Of a stretch of DNA of 64,000 nucleotides, positions 30,380 through 40,751 are shown piece after piece. Under the pieces are notes generated by a model. That model saw nothing but the letters and a program-made list of their open reading frames with translations, ran no database searches and was not told where the DNA came from. The position numbers and the translations under genes were made by a program. This DNA comes from a bacterium (GTDB lineage: Bacteria; UBA8248; JACPRG01; G963555815). Numbering within the stretch: position 1 is the first letter of the stretch; each line of letters begins with the position of its first letter. Location of the stretch: NCBI GenBank assembly GCA_965261595.1, contig CBDHDG010000007.1, forward strand, positions 32,001 to 96,000, in the 5' to 3' direction.

Positions 30380-33300
30380 ATGCCCGACGCCCTGACGGCG
30401 GCGGAGGGCGAGCCTGCCAACGCTCGTCCGCGCGCCCCACGCCCCCGGTTTATCCCGTCCATGTCCGCGGCCCAGCTCTTCGCCGCGGCCCGGGCCCTGT
30501 TGCCCGTGCTGACAGCCGGCCGTGTGCTCGACGCGGCAACGCTCAGGGACGCCATGACGCGCGCCTTCGGCGCTACGGATGCGGAAGGCGCCTGGGTCTG
30601 GAAGGACGCCTACGAGGCCGCCGAAGCGGCGGTCGTCCTGTTCCTCCAGCGCTACGGCCGGGCCATGCGCCGCCGGGCCGGGGTCGGCGGTCCCCCCGCC
30701 ATGCTGGCCATGCTGCAAAAGCTCGCCGCCCTGGAGCCGTCCCATACGAAGCGGTCGGAAGATCAGATCCGCCTCCAGCAGTTCTCCACGCCCCTCGGCC
30801 TCGCCTACGCCGCCTTGCAGGCGGCGGCGATCCGGCCCGGCGACGTCGTGCTGGAACCCTCGGCCGGCACCGGGATCCTCGCCGTCATGGCCCAATGCGC
30901 GCTCGGAGACCGGACCGCAGGCGCGCTCCATCTGAACGAGATCGCAGCGGTCCGCGCCGGCCTTCTCTCGCGGCTTTTTCCCGACGCGACGGTCACCCGC
31001 CACAACGCCGAGGCCATCGCCGATCACCTCCCCGGCGTCCGGCCGGCCGTCGTCCTCATGAATCCGCCGTTCTCCGCCTCGCCCGGTGTAACCCGGATCC
31101 GCCACGACGCCGATCTCCGCCATCTGCGCTCGGCCTTCTCCATGCTGCCGCCTGGCGGCCGGCTCGTCGGGATCACCTCGGCGGGCTGCATGCCCGGAGA
31201 CAGCACCTGGACGGACGCCTTCGAGGGTCTCGATCCCCCGGCGCGCACCGTGTTCTCCGTGGCCATCCACGGCCGGGCCTATGCGCGGCGCGGCACCACC
31301 TTCGACACCCGCCTGACCGTGATCGATCGGAGCGCGGACCGCGAAAATGCCACGATCGATCCCGCGGCCCGGGCAAACAGCTCCGCGGAACTCCTGGAAG
31401 CCGTCATAGCGGGCGTACCCGCCCGCCTCGCCATCGACAGCGCCGAGGCGCCAGCCTCCGCCGCCCCGGTCCGCGACCTCTTCGGCAACACAGCCCCGGT
31501 CAAGGCGAAAGAGCGCAAGACCACAGCCACGGCCGCCGGCCGGCCAGCCGAAGAGAGGGACCGCCGGCACGACTGGGGGCCCGTGTCCGAGCTCGTATAC
31601 GACACGGCCCCGGTCTCCGGTGATGCCCCCGCCGGTTCCGAGACCACAGCCGGCCTCTATGCTCCCTGGAAGCCGGGGGTCGTGCATGCCCCAGGCGCCG
31701 CCGCGCATCCCACGCCCCTGGTGCAGTCCGGGGCCATGGCCGCTGTGCCGCACCCCATCCCGTCCTATCGGCCGATGCTGCCCGAAGATCTCGTCATTGA
31801 CGGATTGCTTTCGGACGCCCAGCTCGAGAGCGTCGTCCTCGCCGGCGATGCCCATTCATGTCATCTTTCCGCCCGCTACCGGATCGGCGCCGGGTGGGAG
31901 ACGGTTCATCGCTGCACGGAGGAGAATGACAACACCGGCGCCACAAATTCGGACGACGGTTTCGATATGACCGACGACCACGAGCCGCTCTCCGAGCCGG
32001 TGCGGTTCCGCCGCGGCTGGATGCTGGGCGACGGCACCGGATGCGGCAAGGGCCGCCAGGTCGCCGCCGTCATCCTCGATAACCGGCTCCGCGGCCGGCG
32101 CCGCGCCCTCTGGCTCTCGGCCTCGGCCAACCTGCTGGAGGACGCACGGCGTGACTGGACCGCGATCGGCGGACGCGAGGACGACGTGATCTCCCTCGGC
32201 AACCTCCGACAGGGGGCCAGGATCCCGCATGAGAGCGGCATCCTGTTCTGCACCTATGCTGCGCTGCGCGCGCCGGCCCGCCAGGGCAAGGCCTCGCGGC
32301 TCGAGCAGATCGTGGGTTGGCTCGCCGGCGGAACGGATGAGAGCGACCGCCACGCATTCGACGGCGTGATCGTCTTCGACGAGTCCCACGCCATGGCCAA
32401 TGCGGCCGGCTCCAAGGGGGCGCGCGGCGAGGTCAAGCCCTCGGCCCAGGGCCGCGCCGGTCTGCGTCTGCAGCACGCGCTGCCCGACGCGCGCATCGCC
32501 TATGTCTCGGCCACCGGGGCCACCACCGTGCCCGGCCTCGCCTATGCCAGCCGGCTGGGCCTCTGGGGATCCGGGGACACGCCCTTCGAAACCCGGGGGG
32601 ATTTCGTGTCGGCCATGGAATTGGGCGGCGTGGCCGCCATGGAGGTGGTCGCCCGGGACCTGAAGGCCCTCGGTCTCTATCAAGCCAGGGCCCTGGCCTA
32701 TGACGGCGTCGAGGTCGACATCCTGGAGCACCCGCTGACGCCCGAGCAGCGGCGCATCTACGACGCCTATGCTGGCGCCTTCAAGGTCATCCACGCCAAC
32801 CTCCAGGAGGCGCTCAAGGCCACCGGCATCATGGAGGGCGACTCGACGTTGAACAAGAACGCCAAGTCGGCGGCGCTCTCCGCCTTCGAGGGGGCCAAGC
32901 AGCGTTTCTTCGGCCATCTGCTGACCGCCATGAAGTGTCCGTCCCTGATCCGCGCCGCCGAGGCCAATCTCGACGCCGGCCAATCGGCCGTGATCCAGCT
33001 CGTGTCCACGGGAGAGGCCCTGATGGAACGGCGCATCGCCGAGATCCCGCCATCCGAGTGGGACGACCTCAGCATCGATCTGACGCCCAGGGAGTCGGTT
33101 CTGGATTTTCTGGCGCACGCCTTCCCGGTGCAGCTCCAGGAGCCCTTCACCGACGAGGACGGGAACCTCATGAGCCGGCCCGTGTTCGACACCGACGGCA
33201 ACCCCGTGCTCTGCCGGGAGGCCCTCGCCAAACGCGACGCGCTGATCGAGAAGCTCGCGTCGCTCCCGCCCGTGCAGTCGGCCCTCGACCAGATCCTCCA

Positions 33301-34900
33301 CCACTTCGGCCATGACGCCGTGGCCGAGGTCACCGGCCGGTCCCGCCGGGTGCTCAGGATCGTGGAGGGTCAGGGCGAGCGCCTGGCGCTGCGCAGCCGG
33401 CCCGCCTCCGCCAGCCTCGTTGAGACCAGTGCCTTCATGGACGGGAAGAAGAAGATACTCGTCTTCTCCATGGCCGGCGGCACCGGGCGCAGCTACCACG
33501 CCGATCTCTCCTCGGCCAACAACGCCCGCCGCGTCCACTACCTGCTGGAGCCGGGCTGGCGGGCCGATCAGGCCATCCAGGGGCTCGGCCGCACCCACAG
33601 GACCCACCAGGCCTCCGCACCCCTGTTCCGGCCCGTGACCACGGACGTGAAGGGGGAGCGGAGATTCATCGCCACCATCGCGCGCCGGCTGGACTCCCTC
33701 GGCGCCATCACCCGGGGCCAGAGGGACTCACAGACCGCCATGGCCGGAGGCGACGCAACGCTCTTCCGCGCCAGCGATAACCTGGAGAGCCTCTACGCCA
33801 AGGCGGCGCTCCGTCAGTTCTACGGGGCCCTCTGGCGGGGCAGTATCCCCGGCTGGCCCCTCGACCGCTTCGAGGAGGCCACCGGCCTCACCCTCACCTG
33901 GGAGGGAACCCTCAAGGACGAGCTGCCACCCATGCCCAAGTTCCTGAACCGCCTGCTGGCCCTCCCCATCGACGAGCAGAACGCGCTCTTCGCCGAACTG
34001 GAGTCCCGCATCGAGTCCAATATCGAGCAGGCCATGGAGGCGGGGACCTGCGACATCGGCGTGGAGACCCTGCGCGCCGACTCGCTCGTTGAGGCCGGCC
34101 GCGAGACCCTCTACACCCACCCCGGGACCGGGGCTGCGACCGATCTCGTCGAGATCCTCCGCCGCGACCGGCTGGAGCCCACCACGGCCGACGCCGCGCT
34201 GGAGATCGGCGCCCAATCGGCCGGATCCCAGGGCAGCCCGGTGCTGATGGTCAATGCTCGCTCCAACCGCGCCGCCGCCGTCCTGCCCGCGCCGTCCAGG
34301 ATGCTCGACGACGGCGGGGTGCAGGAGCGGGTGCGCCTCCTCCGGCCCACGGCCCGGGAAGCCATGGCCAGGGCCGAGCTCGAGGCCTCGAACTGGCGCA
34401 GGGCCTCGGAGGGGGAGTGGCGTTCCCGCTGGGAGGAGGAGATCGCCGGCCTGCCGACCCATACGGAATCCCGCTTCTGGCTCGTTGCCGGGCTGCTCCT
34501 GCCGATCTGGGACCGGCTCGGAGTCGAGACCATGCGGGTGCGCCGGCTCTTCACCGATGCTGGCGAGCAGATGATCGGACACGTGCTCGATACCGAGCAG
34601 GCCCGGGCCGTGCGCATTGCCTTCGGACTCGCGGGCGGCCCTGCCATGACCGCGGACCAGGCCTGGGAGGCTGTCATGACACGCGGCGCGGCCTTTGCGC
34701 TCGCGGGCGGCTGGCGCCTCGCGCGCCGCCGCATCATGGGGGCCGACCGCGTCGAGATCGAGGGACCCGCTGATGGCGACATCGCCACGCTCAAGCGCCT
34801 GGGATGCACGGTGGAGATCGTCTCCTGGCGCTCCCGCGTGTTCGCGTCCCACGCCGCCGTTCTCGCCCGCGTGCTCGAACACCGGCCCCTCGCGGACTGA
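30380..34900 (+). CDS. SAM-methyltransferase plus strawberry-notch SF2 helicase-like protein
   Basis: LEPSAGTG, MNPPF; GDGTGCGKGRQ, FDESH, SATG, QGLGRTHR. Confidence 0.92.
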   Translation: MPDALTAAEGEPANARPRAPRPRFIPSMSAAQLFAAARALLPVLTAGRVLDAATLRDAMTRAFGATDAEGAWVWKDAYEAAEAAVVLFLQRYGRAMRRRAGVGGPPAMLAMLQKLAALEPSHTKRSEDQIRLQQFSTPLGLAYAALQAAAIRPGDVVLEPSAGTGILAVMAQCALGDRTAGALHLNEIAAVRAGLLSRLFPDATVTRHNAEAIADHLPGVRPAVVLMNPPFSASPGVTRIRHDADLRHLRSAFSMLPPGGRLVGITSAGCMPGDSTWTDAFEGLDPPARTVFSVAIHGRAYARRGTTFDTRLTVIDRSADRENATIDPAARANSSAELLEAVIAGVPARLAIDSAEAPASAAPVRDLFGNTAPVKAKERKTTATAAGRPAEERDRRHDWGPVSELVYDTAPVSGDAPAGSETTAGLYAPWKPGVVHAPGAAAHPTPLVQSGAMAAVPHPIPSYRPMLPEDLVIDGLLSDAQLESVVLAGDAHSCHLSARYRIGAGWETVHRCTEENDNTGATNSDDGFDMTDDHEPLSEPVRFRRGWMLGDGTGCGKGRQVAAVILDNRLRGRRRALWLSASANLLEDARRDWTAIGGREDDVISLGNLRQGARIPHESGILFCTYAALRAPARQGKASRLEQIVGWLAGGTDESDRHAFDGVIVFDESHAMANAAGSKGARGEVKPSAQGRAGLRLQHALPDARIAYVSATGATTVPGLAYASRLGLWGSGDTPFETRGDFVSAMELGGVAAMEVVARDLKALGLYQARALAYDGVEVDILEHPLTPEQRRIYDAYAGAFKVIHANLQEALKATGIMEGDSTLNKNAKSAALSAFEGAKQRFFGHLLTAMKCPSLIRAAEANLDAGQSAVIQLVSTGEALMERRIAEIPPSEWDDLSIDLTPRESVLDFLAHAFPVQLQEPFTDEDGNLMSRPVFDTDGNPVLCREALAKRDALIEKLASLPPVQSALDQILHHFGHDAVAEVTGRSRRVLRIVEGQGERLALRSRPASASLVETSAFMDGKKKILVFSMAGGTGRSYHADLSSANNARRVHYLLEPGWRADQAIQGLGRTHRTHQASAPLFRPVTTDVKGERRFIATIARRLDSLGAITRGQRDSQTAMAGGDATLFRASDNLESLYAKAALRQFYGALWRGSIPGWPLDRFEEATGLTLTWEGTLKDELPPMPKFLNRLLALPIDEQNALFAELESRIESNIEQAMEAGTCDIGVETLRADSLVEAGRETLYTHPGTGAATDLVEILRRDRLEPTTADAALEIGAQSAGSQGSPVLMVNARSNRAAAVLPAPSRMLDDGGVQERVRLLRPTAREAMARAELEASNWRRASEGEWRSRWEEEIAGLPTHTESRFWLVAGLLLPIWDRLGVETMRVRRLFTDAGEQMIGHVLDTEQARAVRIAFGLAGGPAMTADQAWEAVMTRGAAFALAGGWRLARRRIMGADRVEIEGPADGDIATLKRLGCTVEIVSWRSRVFASHAAVLARVLEHRPLAD

Positions 34901-35033
34901 GCCGTCCATGGGTACGTGCCGCCGGCCGGCATACGTATGGCCGTCCCGGCGTCGTCCAGAACTCGTACTGCCGGGGGGGACCCGCACGTCTCCATCGCCG
35001 GCGCACCGCCGACCCCTCACGGGAGACCCACAC

Positions 35034-35288
35034 ATGACCGCGCACATCCTGCCGGAGAACCCGAACTACGCCTTCTGCCCGGCCTACGACCCCGAGAACG
35101 CGCCCCAGGAGATCCGGCTCGTCATCGACGGCATGAGCGGAACCATCCCCACCGCTCTGGTCGCCCTCACTCTCGAGGACGCCGAGCGCCTCTGTGACAT
35201 GCTCAATGCCCGACTCGGCCTCGACCGCGAGGCCTGGGCCGTCCTGGCCCGACGGGCCATGCGCCCGGAGGGCCGCAGACGACACTGA
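35034..35288 (+). CDS. Hypothetical protein (84 aa)
   Basis: RBS GGGAG; in line with neighbouring genes. Confidence 0.6.
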   Translation: MTAHILPENPNYAFCPAYDPENAPQEIRLVIDGMSGTIPTALVALTLEDAERLCDMLNARLGLDREAWAVLARRAMRPEGRRRH

Positions 35289-35329
35289 TGCCGGTTGTCC
35301 GGAACGGTCCGGAGCGGGAGAATACGGTC

Positions 35330-36091
35330 ATGAAGACACCCCGCGTACCGGGCCTCCGGACGATGACGGCGCTGATCATGGGCGCCGCCATCATCATGGC
35401 AGCCGCCGTGGCGTTCGACCGGACGCCCGAGACCTGGCGTGGCCTCGTCGTCGCGCCCGAGCACCGGTGCGCGCCCTACAGACGTTCCGACTATCCCTAC
35501 CCGCCCTCGGTCGAGGCCCGGATCGTCGCCGCCCAGGGCGGGCGTGTGTACGGGCCCTATACGGGACGCACCTTCTCCGATACCCGCCGGACCGACATCG
35601 AACACATCGTTGCCGCGTCCGAGGCCCATGACAGCGGTCTCTGCGCGCAAAGCGCGGCGGCGCGCCGTCGTTTTGCAACAGACCTGCTCAACCTGACGCT
35701 GGCGGCGCCCGAGGTGAACCGCTGCGGCGCCGGAGGCAAGTGCGGCCTTGACGCCGGGGAATGGCTGCCCCGGGTCAACCGCTGCTGGTTCGCCGGCCGC
35801 GTGGTCGCGGTCCGGACGAAGTACCGCCTCACCATCGACCGTCGCGAGACGGATGCGCTGGATCCGGTGCTCTCGGGCTGCGCCTCCACCGAGATGGTCT
35901 TCTTTGCCGGTCCGTCGCCGAAGGCCCCTTTGCCCGGCGGTCCCGAACCGTTGCGCTTGTGGGACGATAACGGCGACGGTCGCATCACCTGCCGGGAGGC
36001 GCGGCAGCACCGCATCGCCCCGGTCCCACGCAGCCACCCCGCCTATCCGTTCATGAGAGACCGCGACCGCGACGGCGTCGTCTGCGAATAA
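35330..36091 (+). CDS. Exported HNH-like (DUF1524-type) nuclease with C-terminal Excalibur Ca-binding domain
   Basis: Hydrophobic N-terminus, DIEHIVA..EAHDSG, NLTLA..VN; C-terminal ITC.EA...DRDRDGVVCE. Confidence 0.75.
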   Translation: MKTPRVPGLRTMTALIMGAAIIMAAAVAFDRTPETWRGLVVAPEHRCAPYRRSDYPYPPSVEARIVAAQGGRVYGPYTGRTFSDTRRTDIEHIVAASEAHDSGLCAQSAAARRRFATDLLNLTLAAPEVNRCGAGGKCGLDAGEWLPRVNRCWFAGRVVAVRTKYRLTIDRRETDALDPVLSGCASTEMVFFAGPSPKAPLPGGPEPLRLWDDNGDGRITCREARQHRIAPVPRSHPAYPFMRDRDRDGVVCE

Positions 36092-36312
36092 ACGTACTGC
36101 ATTGACCGCTGACGACTGAGGACACGGTCCTGGTTCCGGACCGTAGGGCGCACTCACATCCCGCGACCGACCCATCATCCACACCATCATCGGTTGACCC
36201 CCCTTGGAGAGGACGAGTCGGGCAAGGGCCGGGCGAACGCCCGGCAGGGAAGAGGGAGACGGTCTCCCGGTTCCGATGCCGGGAACGGCAACCCGGAACA
36301 GGAGGCCAGCCC

Positions 36313-36453
36313 ATGATCGACCGTGACTTCGAACCCGACATCCCGACCCATGACGAACTGCTCGCCGAGATCGGCCTCGATTCCCACACCATCCGCAGGA
36401 TCCTCACCGAAGCGGTCCATGCCGACACCGGAGAAGGAGAGGAGCTTTCATAG
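36313..36453 (+). CDS. Small hypothetical protein (46 aa)
   Basis: AGGAGG RBS; MIDRDFEPDIPTHDELLAEIGLDSHTIRRILTEAVHADTGEGEELS; below the ORF-track cutoff. Confidence 0.55.
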   Translation: MIDRDFEPDIPTHDELLAEIGLDSHTIRRILTEAVHADTGEGEELS

Positions 36454-36539
36454 GGTGAACCGAAGGGGCCGGAGAGAGAGGCTCTCCCCCCTTCCATCAC
36501 CCGTTGTCTTCCACACCCTCACGCAGAAGGAGAACCGTC

Positions 36540-36965
36540 ATGGCATTCGGACTCAATCGCGCTGAAGTGATCGGCCGCCTCGGCGCCGACGTCACCGTCA
36601 ACCACCTCACCAGCGGCGGACGCGTGGCCAACCTGTCGATCGCCACCGACGAGGGCTACATCGACAAGCAGACCGGAGACCGGGTCGACAAGACCGAGTG
36701 GCACCGGGTCGTGACCTTCCAGCCCGGGCTGGTGGACATGTTCGAGAAGCACGCGACGAAGGGCCGGCTGGTCTATGTGGCGGGCAAGCTGCAGACCCGT
36801 CGCTGGAAGAAGGACGACGAGGACTCCGACCGGTTCTCCACCGAGATCCTGCTGGTTCCGGGCGGGCGCGTGCAGTTCCTCGACAAGCCCAACGGCAACG
36901 GCGCGCCGGTCGCGGAGGCGGAGACGCCGTCCGCCGAAGCGCCCATCGACGACATCCCGTTCTGA
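36540..36965 (+). CDS. ssb: Single-stranded DNA-binding protein
   Basis: IGRLGAD, TEWHRV, GKLQTR, C-terminal DDIPF. Confidence 0.95.
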   Translation: MAFGLNRAEVIGRLGADVTVNHLTSGGRVANLSIATDEGYIDKQTGDRVDKTEWHRVVTFQPGLVDMFEKHATKGRLVYVAGKLQTRRWKKDDEDSDRFSTEILLVPGGRVQFLDKPNGNGAPVAEAETPSAEAPIDDIPF

Positions 36966-36993
36966 GCGCGCATTCCGTTTCCTCTCTCTACCT

Positions 36994-37023
36994 GGGCCGG
37001 CGCTTCGCGCGTCGGCCCTTTTT
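36994..37023 (+). terminator. Intrinsic terminator after ssb
   Basis: GGGCCGGCGC-TTCGC-GCGTCGGCCC-TTTTT. Confidence 0.7.
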
Positions 37024-37159
37024 CTTGCTGCCCGTTCCGAGACAGCGCCTGTTCGGGCCTCGCGCCAGCGCTGCGCGCGGCGCTTCGTCCTCCGGCGCCG
37101 GCCGGAGGCGGAGGCCGGCCGGTATCGGGCCTTCCCCGTTCATCCAGAGGAGGCCCGTC

Positions 37160-38191
37160 ATGCCGCCCCCATCGTCCCGTCCCGCATCGCCCGCCGCCGA
37201 CATCGCCGCCGCGCTCGGCGCGTGCGCCGAGGCCGTCTGCCGGCGTTACCTGCCCCAGGGCAAAAAGCAGGGCCGGTACTGGGTCGCCGGCGATCTCGAA
37301 GGCGCTCGCGGCCGCACGCTCTTCGTCCGCCTGCACGGTCCCGGCGTCCCCGGGAAGTGGACCGACGCGGCCACCGGAGAGCACGGCGACCTGCTCGATC
37401 TCGTCCGGCATCGCTCGGGCGCGCCGACGCTTCGCGCGGCGCTCGCCGAGGCCCGCGCCTTCCTCGCCCTGCCGGCTCCGCCGGCGTCGGGCGAGGGCTA
37501 CGACGCAACAGAAGCGGCCCGCCGCCTCTGGCGGCGTTGCCGCGCCATCGGCGGCACCCATGCCGAAGCCTACCTCCACGCCCGCGGGCTCGCGCGCTGC
37601 CGGTTCCCGGCATTGCGCTTCCATCCCGAGCTTCGCTATCGCGAAGGCTCTTCCCTGCACCGTTTTCCGGCGCTGGTCGCCGCCGTGACCGGCGACGACG
37701 GCGCCATCCACGGCGTGCAGCGCACCTGGCTCGATCCGCGCTTGCCCGCCAAGGCGGACGTCGCGGCCCCGCGCAAGGCGCTCGGCCGCATCCACGGACG
37801 CGCCGTGTGCTTCGGCAGGCCCGCCGACGGCGCTTCGCTGCTCGTCGGCGAAGGCATCGAGACGGTGCTGTCGATAGTCACCGCGGCGCCCGGGGTCATT
37901 TCGGCGGCCGCGCTCTCGGCCGGAAGCCTCGGCGCCTTCGTGCCGCCTGGCGGGCTCAAACGGCTCGTCATCGCCCGCGACAACGATTCCGAGGGGGAGC
38001 GGGCCGCCCAACGCCTCGCCCGGCGCTGCGCGCGGGCGGGCGTCGCCGCCCACGTCATCGTCTCCGAATACGGCGACTTCAACGACGACCTCGTTACTCT
38101 CGGACCCCGGGCCCTGGCCCTTCGGCTCGCCGCCCTGTTCCCCGCGCCGCAGCGGGTCGGAGAGAGGGAGGGAAGAGCGGGGGAGGGATGA
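37160..38191 (+). CDS. Toprim-domain (DUF7146-type) primase-like protein
   Basis: YLPQGK..GRYW..GD, AEAYL..RGL, GEGIET, IARDND, DFNDDL. Confidence 0.88.
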   Translation: MPPPSSRPASPAADIAAALGACAEAVCRRYLPQGKKQGRYWVAGDLEGARGRTLFVRLHGPGVPGKWTDAATGEHGDLLDLVRHRSGAPTLRAALAEARAFLALPAPPASGEGYDATEAARRLWRRCRAIGGTHAEAYLHARGLARCRFPALRFHPELRYREGSSLHRFPALVAAVTGDDGAIHGVQRTWLDPRLPAKADVAAPRKALGRIHGRAVCFGRPADGASLLVGEGIETVLSIVTAAPGVISAAALSAGSLGAFVPPGGLKRLVIARDNDSEGERAAQRLARRCARAGVAAHVIVSEYGDFNDDLVTLGPRALALRLAALFPAPQRVGEREGRAGEG

Positions 38192-38214
38192 ACGGCTCCA
38201 AAGGAGAAGAGAGC

Positions 38215-38549
38215 ATGGCGCACATCGTCAATCTCAGGCATGCGCCCGCCCTGCGGGCGGCGCTCGACGGCAAGGCGGAGCACGGCGGGACCGTGCGGAT
38301 CGACCGCCTCTCTCAATGGGGAAACCGGTTCCGCATCGGCCCGGACGGACCGCGCGATGAAGTGATCGCGCGCTATCGCGCCGATCTCTGGCGCCGCATT
38401 CGCGCCGCCGAGGTCGGGCTCGACGAACTCGCCGCCCTCACGGAAAGCCGCTGGCCTGCTGGTGCGCGCCGCTGCCCTGCCATGGGCAGGTCCTCGCCCG
38501 CGCCGCGGCATGGGCGGCCTCCGTTCTGGCGGAACGGAGGGGAGAGTGA
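38215..38549 (+). pseudogene. DUF4326 domain protein, frameshifted near 38440
   Basis: IDRLSQWGNRF..G.DG.RDEVI..YR, then in a shifted frame GKPLACWCAPLPCHGQVL. Confidence 0.8.
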
Positions 38550-39145
38550 AGCGGGAGAGGGGCGAACGCCGCGAGGAGGGAGAGAGAGGGCCCCGGGCAT
38601 CTGCAACACGGAAGGAGAACCGAAATGCAATCCGTTACCTTGAGGAGCATCGCCCCGTACGAGTCGAGGCTCTACCACGATGGCAATCTCGCCTGCGAGG
38701 TTGCGGAGCCACTCGTCGATACGCGTCCGTTGCGGTGACGGGCCATGCCGTCTTCGGGCGATCCCTTCGGGCCGGGCTCCCCGCTGCAATCTCCGCTCCG
38801 CTCCGATTTGCGCTTCTATCCCTATCGCCTCCGCTCGCTGGCGCTCGCTGCGCGCTACGCTTGCCGGGCCGGCGCCCGAGACCCGGGTCTCAATCCCGGA
38901 ACCGCACAGGGCGTCCGGGACAGTGACAAACAATATCCCTCTCGACGTGATGGCCCATTGTCCCACACGTGCTCGCTGCGCCAACCCCGCCTCCGGCGGG
39001 GTCCTCCTCTTCGTTCCGGCCCTGGCTCGCAAGGCTACGGTGGCTTTGCAGCGCGCGCGTGGGCCACTCAACCATCACGTTCGGAGACTCTCTCCGCACA
39101 ACGAACCATAACGGTTCTCTACACTCAATCCATAAGGAGAGCATC

Positions 39146-40069
39146 ATGCACGATATCGACAACATCTCAGAACAGAACCAGTCCGTCACCGCCACCGTCT
39201 GCGAGCAGGCGGCTCTCTTCGGCGCGACTCCAGAGCGCGACGAATTCGACAACCGGGAGGTCTGGGACCCGGAGAACGCCCTCTCCGCCGTCACGGAAGC
39301 CTTCCGCATCATGGCACACGGCGTCGCCCCCGACGGAACGCAACTCGCCGACGAGCGCGAGAGCCTGCTCTGGGGCTTCGTCAACATGCTCGACGCCCAG
39401 ACCCAACGCCTCGACCGCGCGGCCGACAGGCTCCTCCCCGACATGCGCGACCTCCAGCGAGAGCAGGACGGCTCGGAGATCCGGTCCCGAGAGCTCGAAC
39501 TCGTCACCGACCGAACCAAGAACCTCACGGACCGGCGAGACGCCTTCGAGCAACTCAGAGATGCAGCGGCCGAGGCCTACCGGGTCGAGACCGGAGACCT
39601 CTGGCGGCCCCGGCGCGGGTCCCACACCTCCCAGACCGGCAAGCTCACTTCGGCCATGATCGACGCCCGAGACTTCCAGCGTGCCCGCAGGGACCGCGAG
39701 AACAAGGCGCTCCTGCCCCAGGGAACGCTCGTCGCGGTGGCAGGCGGCAAGCACGCCGGCGACGCAGGCGCCATCATCCGCACCCTCGAGAAGCTCAAGG
39801 CCAAGTACGACGATGTGGTCCTGGTCCACGGCGGCGGCCCCGGCGTCGAGAAGATCGCGGCCAAGTGGGCGGACCGCAACGGCGTCCATCAGATCGTCTG
39901 CAAGCCCAACTGGGACGCACACGGACGCGCGGCGCCATTCCGGCGCAATGACGAACTGCTCGATCTCCTCCCCAAGGGCGTCATCGCGTTCCCGGGTTCC
40001 GGCATCACCGACAATCTGGTCGACAAGGCGCGCAAGCTCGGTATCCCGGTCCAGTGCGTCGCCGCCTGA
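39146..40069 (+). CDS. DUF2493 (SLOG/YspA-related) domain protein
   Basis: VAVAGG, LVHGG, AAPFRRND, FPGSGIT; RBS TAAGGAG. Confidence 0.88.
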   Translation: MHDIDNISEQNQSVTATVCEQAALFGATPERDEFDNREVWDPENALSAVTEAFRIMAHGVAPDGTQLADERESLLWGFVNMLDAQTQRLDRAADRLLPDMRDLQREQDGSEIRSRELELVTDRTKNLTDRRDAFEQLRDAAAEAYRVETGDLWRPRRGSHTSQTGKLTSAMIDARDFQRARRDRENKALLPQGTLVAVAGGKHAGDAGAIIRTLEKLKAKYDDVVLVHGGGPGVEKIAAKWADRNGVHQIVCKPNWDAHGRAAPFRRNDELLDLLPKGVIAFPGSGITDNLVDKARKLGIPVQCVAA

Positions 40070-40751
40070 TCCGAACGACCTCGCGGGTCGCGTCGCCACC
40101 CGGCGGCGCGGCCCGTTCTTCTTCCGCGTTGCCCGCTGCCGCACCGCCCGCCGCTCTTCGCACCGCACCGGTGCGAACCCCACTGCTCGCACCGCCCCGC
40201 ACTGCTCCATGCACCATGCTCCGCACGGCCACCCGCTCAATCGCCGCGGCGGCTCCCCCGCGCGTCCCGCGCCCGCGGAGATCCCCTCTTCGCTCGTTCC
40301 TCACATTCTGGTCTGTCGGACGCCGGTCGGCGCTTTTACTCTCACACCTGACGCAGCAGGCTGCATGTGTACTCCCTGCGCGCGCTTGTCCTGCATTCCT
40401 GTGCGCAATCAACGACCTGCGGCGACTCCGTGATGCCGGCAAAAGTCCTACCAATCTGGTAGCTCGGGGGTATGCGGCGCTATCTCACTGATATTATTAC
40501 ATTTATTCAAGTGCGCATCGCGCCCGGAGTTCGAGTGAGATCTCAAGCGGCATACGCCCGATACCAGACTGGTCGCGCGCGGATCCGCGCTGCGCTATGA
40601 TGGCTACCAATTCGGTGGTTCATGAGGTCGCATCATTCGGAGGCCTTCACAGTCCGGGACGAGGGCGTCCGGTGTCCAGGAGCAAGGACCATTTCGGTCG
40701 TTTCCTGGACCAAAATGGACTGAAGTCTTCACAAAAGGATCGGCAGAACGG

